Positions 12,795 to 23,658 of a DNA stretch of 64,000 bases are shown here, in pieces. Each line of letters starts with the position of its first letter. Positions within the stretch are counted from its first letter, which is position 1. The notes under the pieces were generated by a model. It saw nothing but the letters and a program-made list of their open reading frames with translations. It searched no databases and had not been told where the DNA came from. A program made the translations under genes and the position numbers. This stretch comes from Utricularia gibba (lineage: Eukaryota; Plantae; Magnoliophyta), in contig NEEC01000013.1 in NCBI GenBank assembly GCA_002189035.1, positions 3,100,001 through 3,164,000 of the forward strand, given 5' to 3'.

Positions 12795-14575
12795 AACTCT
12801 GGTTGCTCCTCCTCGGGATCTCAGGGCTTCAGTATCCTGTCAGCAACAAACACCCATCCTGAACAAAGACCTTGTTCTGTTGTTGATCCACAGAATCAGC
12901 GAAAACAAAAAGAAATGACACACATGGCCGAAAGCAAACGCTATGAAACTGCAACCTATATTTCCAATCTGCAAGCGTTCAACCACGCCATCTCGAAGTA
13001 GCATTACCCTGTTTTCAGAAGCTGCATAAAACCAAAAGGCCATGAGAAGAAATCAGCCCCATCTCAAGAAAGCGTCACCAGATCAGGGAAGAGCCGTACT
13101 TGTCGTTTCAGCAAATGAAACTTTCGCTTCCCTACGCACCCCCTCTCATGCGTGGACCAGAGTGAAGAAATCTCCCACAATCTTCACCTATTTAATCACT
13201 TTACAGGGTACGATCAAAACTCTCCTTATCTTCTCTTTTTCCTTTTCTCCCTGTGAAAAAATGGGATTTCAGTACTACCCCACGCCGGAAAAGAGAAGTG
13301 CGGCCAAGCATGATTAGAGGCGCATAGAGACAAGCAAAAGATGTCCTTTATGTTCATGAATAATCTTAAAAGGAACCCGATACAAGATACTCCTCCTGCC
13401 TTCATTACCTTTCCAACATGACTTCACTGGCCCCCAAAAGCCAAAGCCAAAAAGGAAAATTACTACTTGGAAAAAAAAAAGAGAGAAAAGCATGACTTAG
13501 ATTCAGTGTATTGGGACCTGGTCAAAATCAAGGCTGGGTTGGACAGAACTGTGGGTTTAGACACCCTGCACTTCTTACAAGCCATACACAAAATCAACAG
13601 CAGTGTTCTTAAAAGCGGTGGCCATTGGTCGAAACCGCACCCACCGACAGTGTAGCTTGGCCACAGTCAAACCGACTCAACACTTGGTGAAGGCACCCAC
13701 GAATTAAAAAGCCGTTTGGAAGGGCAAAAATTGATCTTGGGTACACACACCTTTATCTCTTAAAGTGAGCAATAATATTTCGTTCGACAACATTTCCCTT
13801 GTTTCAGGCTGCCGGAGAACTTGGAAAAACAAAATGCACGTACTTTGATACAAACATAACATAGCAGTTCATTTATGAGAAGGCAACTGGAAAAAAAAAT
13901 GGTAAGAATCTGATGTACTGTACGGATAAAGGAGAATGAGTTCCCAATTGAATACCCACTGGGAAACAACAAAAAATTTCTCAACGCAACTCCCAAAGCT
14001 TGTTTTGTTTCTGCAAAAATAGAAATTACCACAAGGAAAACCATATGATTTTCACTTTCACCATCGTCATCGTCTTCCCATTTGAAAGCGTGTAATCATT
14101 TGAAGCGAAAGATAAGTTCGTTATCCTCTGAGAATCTATGTTTGGTTAAAGGGCGTAAAAAACCAAGGATGGGTGAAAAAAGAAACAAGTTACCTCGGTG
14201 AGTACAGAAGATAAGAGCAAGAAACGAGCTTGGATAACAGGGAGGGAAAAAAAACGAAAAATAAAAAGAGAAAGAGAAACGGGTAGCTGGGAATTGAAGA
14301 TAATGTCGAGAAAAGGCGAAGAAGGAATTGGAATTGGAGTTGGAGTTCCGATTACTGGACAAGAGAAAAGATGGAGGGAGCTGGCTGCGGAGCAGGCAGG
14401 GTATGGGCCTGCGTTAAGCTTTAATGGCGATTCGAGGTCGGAATAGGGTGCGGCCGAGTCCACAGAGGATCCACTAAACCAACGGCCCCGATTCGGCGAT
14501 GCCGAAAGGCGTGATCTGGTGGCGTCGGATCGGGTAGTCATTACTGATACCAGGATGGGGGTAACGAGACACTGA

Positions 14576-14759
14576 GGCCCACAACGGCCTCCACTGGCCC
14601 GCTTTATTAAATGATGTCTGGTTTATACAATATTCCACAATGACAAAAATGCACAGTCAATTTTCGTGCTTGAAAATTAATTTTATTGAAGCCAAGAATG
14701 GTGGGCTTGGGCCGCGGGAAGCACGTTACTTCTATTGGGCTTTGGGCCCACTAGGCCCA
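14576..14759. promoter_or_regulatory. Cluster of site II (TGGGCY) elements in the divergent SPL/LCR promoter
   Basis: TGGGCC, TGGGCT or GGCCCA at 14576, 14702, 14708, 14736, 14743/14745 and 14754. Confidence 0.6.
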
Positions 14760-15144
14760 TTCCACGATGATTTTGTCCAGGCAACTGCGCATTGTAATGA
14801 ACCTGGCCTTTGTCTCCTATTACACCAAAACAAAGGAAAAGGAAATAGAAAGACTGCTTTTACAAAATTTCTGGTGTAAAAACGTTTGCAGGTGCGGGGG
14901 AAGGATTTATATTTGCAGTCGGCTCCAGGTGACGTGTACGAATCTGAGTGGTTGAATGCCTCTCGCTCCCCTCCCCTTCCCTCCCCTCGGCTCTTGTTTT
15001 TATTTAACAAAATGCACACGCGCTTTCAATCGCGTGTCTGTGTGTTCATCCTTGTAGCTTAGCAACGACTGGGAAAAGTTTGGGCTGCACCTGGGAATAA
15101 GGGAGCAAGCATTGAGGAGGACTGCCTCGCAAATGGAGTGACTG

Positions 15145-17181
15145 ATGGAGGAAGGGTTGCTCTTGAGGCAGCGTATGGGCGGATTGGAAGAGGGTTTGGA
15201 GGTTTATGGTTCTCCGGCTGCGCCATCTTTCGATTCTTTTAATGAGTTTCAAGCTCAAAGGCAGCTCGCATCTGGGAAACGGTCCGCCAGGTTTATACTT
15301 CGTTTCTTTGATTTCGATGCTGTTTTTTATTCCCGCCACGTTTAGTTTGACCTTTCGATGGGGTAAAAAATGCGATTCTTGTTCTTGTTTTGTGCTTTGA
15401 CCAGGACTCAACACAACTTTGCTTGGTTTTTCATTCTAGGGATTTTTTGTTGCTCGTTTCATCGGGTTACTGAGTTATTTGAGACTTGTTAAGATCGACT
15501 GTTTTCCTATTTGCAAAAAGTTCACTATTATGAATCGATTGTCGGAAAGCTGGGTTTTTTTTGCTCTTGTTTAACGACTTAATCGGCAGGGGCATGGTCT
15601 CTGTGAGCTTAATCAGCATGCCATTATTATTTTCTGTTTTCCCACTCCATATGTTTTTCTTGTCTTCTGAAAGTGATAGTTATCTTTGGATCATATTGTT
15701 TCTGTCTGGATTCATTCCACACATCTAGCCGCTTCTTCAGATCATGCATCCCTGGCTTGCAGCATTTGTGCTGGGAACTTTATGGAATCGATTCATCTGG
15801 TTTTGATTATTTCAATGAGCCTCTGTTTTTTTTTTTCCCACGACCCTGATTTTACAATGTGATTCCTCTTATGACATTTAGTTTCATTGTATGGTTTCCT
15901 GTTCATACCCGAACTCTTGGAATGTTAAGATTTTGACTATTTTGCAGGTGGGGAGTCTGCGATTCAGGAGCTAGCTCATTTAAATACGGCTGCCAAAATC
16001 CTTTAATGACAATAGGAAACTCTGAAAATATGAGAATTCTGGAACCCAGAAATCCTCCTAAGAAGGCTCGAAATGAGTGTAGCCCTGAAAACAAAATTGT
16101 GTCTGGAATCTCATCTGAAGTGATGGATGAGAATATCTGGAAGAAGTTTCCTGAAGACCTGTTTGAAGCCGTAATAGCAAGACTTCCTGTAGATGCATTT
16201 TTTCGGTTCCGATTAGTCTGCCGCAAATGGAACATGTTACTGAATTCTCCAAGTTTTTCCCAACAGTGTGCTCAAAAGAAGCAAGCTCAAACTTGGTTCT
16301 ACACTATGAGTCACACAAATAGAAGCATGGGGTCAATTTACGATCCTGCCTCGAAGAGGTGGTTCCATCCAACCCCACGGCTCCTTCCAAAAAAAAGAGT
16401 TCTGCCTGTGGCTTCAGAAGGCGGGCTTATCTGCTTCCTTGAAACCGGGGAGCGAAATCTCTACATTTGCAACCCTCTAACTCGGTCGTGCAAGCAGCTG
16501 TCTCCTATGTCTATTGGAGTCATGTCACGAGTGTCTGTTGGGATGACTCTTAACGGGCTCTCTACTCAGTCAGGTTACAAGATTGTACTGGTTTTTCATG
16601 GTGGGGAATATGGGATTTATGACTCCATCAGCAACTCTTGGATTCGCCCTGGAAACTTACCATCTGCTTGTCTTCCACTCACGCTCAACCGCAGGTCCCA
16701 TGCGGTTTGTATTGACAAAACTCTTTATTTTATGCGTCATAATCCTGATGGAATTTTGTCCTATGATGTGGAAAATGGGGTTTGGGAACAGCTTGCCATT
16801 CCTGCACCTCAACGTCTAAGTGATCAGATCCTTGCCGTGTGGGGCAGCAGGATCATGCTCGTAGGGTTGCTGACAAAAAATGCGGCTACCTGCATCTGCA
16901 TATGGGAGCTGCAGAAGATGACTTTGCTGTGGAAGGAGGTTGACAGAATGCCAAACTTATGGTGCTTGGATATTTACGGAAAGCACGTTAGAATGACTTG
17001 CCTTGGAAACAAAAGCTTGCTCTTGCTTTCCCTGCGATCACGGCAGATGAACTGGCTCATCATTTACGATGCAAGGACTCGTGAATGGGTCAAGGTCCCT
17101 AGCTTCGTCCGGCCGGAGGCTAAGAGGAGGCAACTCCTTTATGCCACTGGGTTTGAGCCTTGCTTGACTGCACTGCCTTGA
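15145..17181 (+). CDS. LCR: F-box protein LEAF CURLING RESPONSIVENESS / F-box only protein 6
   Basis: Exons 15145-15290 and 15948-17181. IWKKFPEDLFEAVIARLP F-box and LLTKNAATCICIWELQKMTLLWKEVDRMPN.WCL..YGKH, which is diagnostic of LCR. Carries a miR394 site. Confidence 0.93.
16935..16954 (+). promoter_or_regulatory. miR394 target site in the LCR CDS
   Basis: GGAGGTTGACAGAATGCCAA, one mismatch from the complement of miR394 (UUGGCAUUCUGUCCACCUCC). Confidence 0.95.
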
Positions 17182-17615
17182 CTGTCTGCTTTTGCTGTGT
17201 TTTTTCATTTTTTTTTCTTTTTGATCTGAATATCTCTTCTTCTGTATACTAAGTTTTTCTTTCAAGTACTGGGCCTTTTATGTTTTGGTTATGTTTTCGC
17301 TAACCCATGCCAAGCTTTCCAAGGATTACTTGGCTTATAAAGTTTTCCCTTTTATTTCATGACAGTGCACATTGCATTTGAAAAAACAGAATGAGAATCA
17401 GAATCTGGATTAGAAACAAGAAACTTAGTAATACAAAGTAGCTGACGCAACGTGTTCCAACATAGAGTGGGAGGGGGGCACAGAAGTCTCACAGAAGTTC
17501 GGGATAGCATGAAAAAACAAAGACCATCTTTATGAATATAATTGCACACAGAAGTTGGAGATGATTCAACTGGGAATCAAGAGATGAACTGGTCTGGTTC
17601 CATCCGGAGGAGAAA

Positions 17616-20600
17616 TCACAGCATCCAGCTTGCCATGTAGTTTGCGTTAACACTTGGACCGGCTCCTCCGGCAGCTGCAGCTGATAGGTGATCTGGCTGG
17701 TAGCTGAGCACGAGAAGAGTGAAACATCAGACAGAATAGGCTGAAGTCTGTGGAAGAACAAGGGAGATTGCATGTTGTGTTACCCGATTTGCAGTGTTGG
17801 CTCACAGTCGAGAGGATGAAAGAAAACATCTGGCTGGGTCTGGTGATGAGGTTGCCTTCCATAAGCAGCATCGGAAGCACTTGCATTCCACTGCAGGCTT
17901 ATCTGGCTTCCTTCCATCAACTGTAACAACACGGACAAACCTTCTTTCAAGCAATGATAGGAAAGTGTGGAGGATTCAAACAAACACCAAAGACAAATAT
18001 GATTACCCTCTGCTTCAAGTTCTTGTTAGCTTCATTGAGAGCGTGCTCCTGACCATGAAAACAACATAAAAGACCAGTGATACTTGGATTAAAGCAACTT
18101 ATTGATGTATTTTGAGAGCGCCAACATGAAACCATGGCGGATTTGGATACCTTTCTCTGAAGGTCTGTGAGCGTGTCTAGCATTGCTTGAGTCTGAATAA
18201 AAAAGTGTTGTCATGAAAAAGTTGAAGCATTGGAGTAACTCCGACCCATAACCACAGCAAAAATTCACATTCTCAGGAATGAAACAGGATACTAAGCTAC
18301 AAACCCGAGTTGATCGGATCAGCTTGAGTGACGAATCAAGTTGCCTCTCCAGCGATTCAAGTTCTTTGCTGTTCAAGGGGCCAAGATCCTCACCAAGAAG
18401 ATTCCTGGGCATAGAGTAAAAACACCAGCAGTAATCACTAGCGAATGCTTCCTGGTTACTTTAACAAGATGGCCCTCTGATCTATAAGTTCATGCTCTAA
18501 GTCGTGTAAAATATGCTACTTAACAACTGAACGCAGAAATTCTGCAGTGGAGAATTGCAACACTCAATGAAGCTCCAAACCTTTGGGTTCGCTGCAGAGC
18601 TTCATATCGTGCTTTAAGCTTCAAATACTCCTGCTGGCTACTCAGTTCCTGAATCAATATTTTCCGTTGAGAATTTGGTAGTCATGAAATCCACATAGAA
18701 TAAATCCGCATGTAATAATAAAACGAAGAGGAACAGAAGAAATCTCCTCCCAAAAATCCAGGAATTCTGCTACATAACAAGTAGGAAAGGTCTTATCTTT
18801 TGGAGGTTGACGAAATTTATTTGCAAAAGTTGCAACGACATTGCATTTCAGAAATATTCCCAAAATTCGGCGTAAAAGCAAATGGAAACAGCTGATAACA
18901 AAAAAAATGCAGCAAATTCTACTATCACAAGTTTCAATTCTAGACAACTAAAAATCATGAGTGTTAAATCTTGTACGACTCGGAGAATTTGGGCAGAAAA
19001 TTAAGCCCCAGAAAGAAAAAAGTGCTAAAATCTATAGTGAATAAGACAAGAACAGATTTAGGACAAAAGGTGAGATTTGAGAGAATCTTGTAAGAAAACG
19101 GCTGTAATATTGTTACCTTGTTTACATCTCTATACATATTCTATTTGTTCTTATTTAAGGCAAACTCAAGGTCTACGGTCTGAAGAATTACTGTCACCAC
19201 GAGTTTTTCTAACTAATTTTCCCTTCAAAGGAAGGATACCCCTTACACATGCAAGACCAATATCGCTGATTGACGTATTTGTCTCCAATAATCTCTCCTG
19301 ATTCATGAAAAATGTTCTATTTAGTACAACTGCAATTTTCTAACTTCACCTTTTAAGCAACGGCAAGTTATTTACCAGAGGTTTCTGATTTACCACTGTG
19401 TGACATTTGATGAAAACCCCACTCTACTAGTCTTTCCAGTCTTCATTACCCGGTAAGGCTCTTCTTCACATCTTTTTTTTTTTTATCACATAGTAGCTTG
19501 CAAGATCTGTAAGACTAGCCTTTCCAAAGGGTCTACCTTTCGTTTCTATTCAACACAAAAAATAAGTCTGACCATAAAAAATGCCAACTTTTCTAACAAA
19601 TGAACTGCGTGCTTCATTTTTCAGATTGCACTATTGGTAAAGGACGTCAAGCATGACTACCACAAAGAGCTCGAGGGTTGAAAGGTTTAAGGGAGTTGTC
19701 CCACAACAAAATGGACACTGGGGAGCGCAGATATACACGAACCATCAAAGAATATGGCTTGGTACATTTAAATCAGAGGTTGATGCAGCCATGGCTTATG
19801 ATAGTGCGGCCATCAAGCTAAGAAGTGAAGATTCGCAAAGGAACTTCCCTTGGACGAGTATAACTGCCCAAGAACCTAGTTTTCAGAGTCTTTTAACCAA
19901 AGATGCAGTTCTGAACATGATCAAAGATGGTTCATTCTCGTCCAGGTTCGCTGATTTCCTGAGGAGTCGACAAGGTGGAGCAATTGATGAAGGCTCGAAA
20001 GGCTTATCCCTCCATAGAAATGATGATTTCTTGTGCACTTTGCTCTTCCAGAAGGAGTTAACACCAAGTGACGTTGGGAAGCTTAATAGACTAGTGATCC
20101 CTAAGAGATATGCTATCAAACATTTCCCGAATGTTCCCGAATCTAGTGAAGCTATCAATACAGACTCGGAAGTAGGCAATGGAGTACAGCTTGAGTTTTT
20201 TGATAGCCAGATGAATTTATGGAAATTCCGGTATTCATACTGGAAGAGCAGTCAAAGTTTCGTCTTCACAAGAGGCTGGAGCCAGTTTGTGAAGGAGAAG
20301 AGATTGCGACAACAAGACATCATTGCTTTCTACTTGTATGAAAGCAGAAATGGAGGTTGTTGGAGACAGCCATTTTTTATGATTGATGTTGCCAGGAAAA
20401 ATGATTCAGAAAACAACGAAACAAAGAGGGAAAAGGACGTTTCACTGGAGCATCCAAGTACCGGTGAGGAGGAGAAAGGTTTCCGGCTTTTTGGTGTTCA
20501 GATTAACTGACCTGAGCTTGCTCCAGCTTCACTGTGAATCCTACTTTCTATTGCCTTCATCCATAATTTGGTAATTCTTAATTTATTATCTCAAAGTTGA

Positions 20601-22425
20601 TCATTGTAAGTATTCCTTTTGCATTTCCAATGCAAGAGGTAGGAAACTACTTGACTTCCCTTTCGTTCCTTTTAAGTGATAAGCAAGTGTTTTGATAATT
20701 TGACTAAACCCAAATTTCACACCTTGCACTTAGTAAATTTTAAGCATGAACCACATAAAGACACTTCATCAGGACCTTATGGTTATTCACTTATTGTTAG
20801 ACAATAAAACATCAACAACCTGAAACAAAATATAGCAATAACAGGATACGTAGTAGTTACCAGTGCCTCCCGGGTAGAAACATTTGTCTCTGGTGCTCCA
20901 TAGTTGGATTTCTGGTATCTCTCCAGTGTCTTGAGCATGCTGCTAAATACCCAGGAAAAAGCAATAAAACAAAAGTTATATTTCAAAAACATTCATTAGG
21001 ATCTTTTCTGAAGCAGAAAGCAACTGTCCAATCACCCGTTTGGACAGAAAAAAAAAACTGCCTGAACAGATAACATGTGTGTAAAGGAGAGAACTTTCTC
21101 AATTTCCGTGAGATAAATCGAGGAATCTTCTTACAGTTCATGCATTCGCACATGAAATCAAGTTCCTGAACGTAGCCCAACGGTAAGTTGCAGATTGTCA
21201 GGATTACATAAATAATTGTTTGCAGCTTTTAAAGATCTTTGAGATGAGGCTAATCTGAAGACCCCGTGATTAAAAAAATATTTTTTAAAACAAGGAATCG
21301 CACAGTTCACGGGATTCTATTGAGAAGAGAAGTAAATTTCCCAAACCAAACCCTAGGGCAAAATTCCCAAATCCGGCTTCCTCCTCACAAAGTTTTAGTT
21401 AGGAGTATCCCAGGAACCCATGAAAAAAAGTTTTAATAAGTGAAACTTTGTGCAGTAATTAAAGACATGCGAGAGTGCGGGACAGATTCATATCTTTGAA
21501 CTTTCAACACCAAGCCCTAATTGCAAAGGCAAAATTCCCAAATCCAATGCAATACAACAAAATGAAAGGAAGAAAAGCTCAGAGAGAGGGGACCGGCGGG
21601 ATAAGCTAAAACTGAGGGTTTGAAGAAAAATTCTCGGGAAAAGAAAAGCTTTAAAGAAGGGGCATCTCCATTGACCCTGGGGGTTCTGCCATGAAGGGAA
21701 GATCATGGGAAAAACCCTAGTAACCGCGTTTTGTCCAAAGAAAAAAAAAAAAAACCATGTATATGTATACGTATCTATCGCACTGTGAGATCTTTCTGGA
21801 GCCTAAGAAAAGGTTGAATGAAGCTTTCTGGGCTTGTGCTCTCTCTCCACTGAACCAGAGACAAGCAAAGGATCAACGGAGAAGAGTTAGGTATTTGCTC
21901 GGAAGACATGGATCTTGTATCTTCAAAAACATAGATCACCATTGAAGAGACAAAGGAAAGAAAAAAGAGAGGTAACGTTGAAGGTAGAAGAAGTAAGTGA
22001 TGGTTTTTGGAGTTGCAGATCTAGGCAAACCCACAAGCGCAGAGCCCCATAACAATCACAGAAACGGCAAAAAGAGAGAAAAATGCTTTTCTCTTTTTCC
22101 ATCAAGATTGAATTTTGGGACCAAACAAAGCCACAAATCTATGAAAACCAGAATCTTTCGGACTAAAAATTGGAGAGTAGAGAAAGAAAAGGAAAAGAGC
22201 CGTGGTTGCGGCTGGTTGATGTCTGGGGTGGTTTTGATACCTAGAGCTACTGCAGAACTCGTACAGCTTTCCCCTATTGGAGAAGATAATGAGTGCAACC
22301 TCGGCGTCGCAAAGAACGGAAAGCTCGTAAGCTTTCTTCAAAAGCCCATTCCTCCGTTTGGCAAAAGTCACCTGCCTGTTGATCTTGTTCTCTATTCTCT
22401 TGAGCTCAACCCTCCCTCTCCCCAT
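17616..22425 (-). CDS. SEP3: MIKC MADS-box E-class protein SEPALLATA3 (FBP2/DEFH200-like)
   Basis: Eight exons: 22241-22425, 20861-20939, 18581-18648, 18305-18404, 18151-18192, 18007-18048, 17784-17920, 17616-17703. All are GT-AG and in frame. MADS box, [21 protein letters not shown]-box, [15 protein letters not shown] and [11 protein letters not shown] motifs. Confidence 0.95.
19653..20510 (+). CDS. AP2/ERF and B3 domain RAV-type transcription factor (At1g50680/At1g51120-like), nested antisense in SEP3 intron 2
   Basis: Uninterrupted 285-aa ORF with an AP2 domain ([36 protein letters not shown]), a B3 domain ([35 protein letters not shown]) and a C-terminal RLFGV repression motif. Confidence 0.93.
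   Translation: MTTTKSSRVERFKGVVPQQNGHWGAQIYTNHQRIWLGTFKSEVDAAMAYDSAAIKLRSEDSQRNFPWTSITAQEPSFQSLLTKDAVLNMIKDGSFSSRFADFLRSRQGGAIDEGSKGLSLHRNDDFLCTLLFQKELTPSDVGKLNRLVIPKRYAIKHFPNVPESSEAINTDSEVGNGVQLEFFDSQMNLWKFRYSYWKSSQSFVFTRGWSQFVKEKRLRQQDIIAFYLYESRNGGCWRQPFFMIDVARKNDSENNETKREKDVSLEHPSTGEEEKGFRLFGVQIN
21357..21545. repeat. Exact 18-bp direct repeat in SEP3 intron 1
   Basis: GGCAAAATTCCCAAATCC at 21357-21374 and 21528-21545. Confidence 0.8.
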
Positions 22426-23658
22426 CTCTCTCTTTCTCTCAACAGAGACAACAACGGCGAGTTGCTTCTCTTTCTTTCTTGTACAGCCATCCTTCTTTAT
22501 ACACTGTCTTTTCGTACGTGTAGGTGCGTGGGCGCGCGTGTGTGCGTGTATACATACATACATACATATGCGCACAAGCATCACCATTCTCACGTATGCG
22601 TACTACGTCTCTGAAGGCCAGGGTGGCACACCCACACATTCTCAAAGCTTCATCATCCCCGGGCGGTGAGTGATGGCCCATCGGAAATTAATTTGTGTGG
22701 TTCCGCAAAACACTCCACTCGGCTCGGCTCCGGGTGTACGTAGCAGTAGTATCGTAGAGAGGGAAATGAATGAAGGGTGTTGTTACGTGTTACCATCATC
22801 ATCATCCGGCCCTCCTGGTCCCCAAGGAGATGAGGATGCGTGACCTGACCTTGCTCATTTTCTTGATGCCAAGCAATCCATTACCGCCCGCCCTAACCCC
22901 GCAACTTCTTTTCATTTGATTCACGGGCATGGGCATCCCGCATCCATCTAGAAATGGTCTCTGTTCTTAACCCGGGAGGGGGAGGGGGAGGGGGGCAAAA
23001 GCGTCAGAATGATGAGGCGCGCGCAGGTCGCGTCAGACTTGTTAGCCTGAAACGAGGAAACACCCTCTCCTTCGCCTCCCCATAATTCAAAGCCCACTCC
23101 CTTTTGGGAAACTCCTCTTTAAACTAACTTGTTACGTCCATCTGGGGCCCACCCCCCTCCCATCCACCTCTCTGGTTTGGGCCCGGGTGCGATGCAGCAA
23201 CATTTTCATTTGTTGCGGATGGATGGATGGATGGCCCGCCCAGCAGGCATTGGGCTGGAAGGTCTCGTGTGAAGAGCAGCCAGCCTCCCTCCCCTGTCTC
23301 ACTACCACTATTTATTTTAACTGTTGTCATCAAAAAATGGAGCCGCCATTGTCCCAACAGACCTCAGAAGCTGGGGATTCAGGCCTTGGAGTAAGTTGTC
23401 AGACGTAGGCAGATTGGCTCCTTGTGGGCCTGGAGACCATGGGTACAGAAGTGCTCCAGTTACCACGTACACAATGGGGGCTGGCAGCGGCTATTAAGAG
23501 AACTAATCTAGGCCTATCACCACAATAAAAGACAACCAGTCCTTTTACATGATTGGTCGGTCGTGTACATTGTTATATAAGCAACTTTTTAGCGCACGAA
23601 TTTGGGAGGGTGAAAAAATGCTTACAGCAAGCAACCTTTTGACCTCATATGCCAGTCG

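Noticed and set aside
13760-14044. ORF with SIGNSFSFIRT, weakly like the RAMP4 tail (RAMP4 lies near LCR in Arabidopsis)
   Set aside because: Lacks the YPVGP motif and the N-terminal RAMP4 motifs. More likely SPL leader or intron sequence.
22426-22593. In-frame 56-aa N-terminal extension of SEP3 in the ORF track
   Set aside because: The upstream ATGs lie 5' of the TATAAA at 22501-22496 and within microsatellite sequence. MIKC proteins start at MGRG.
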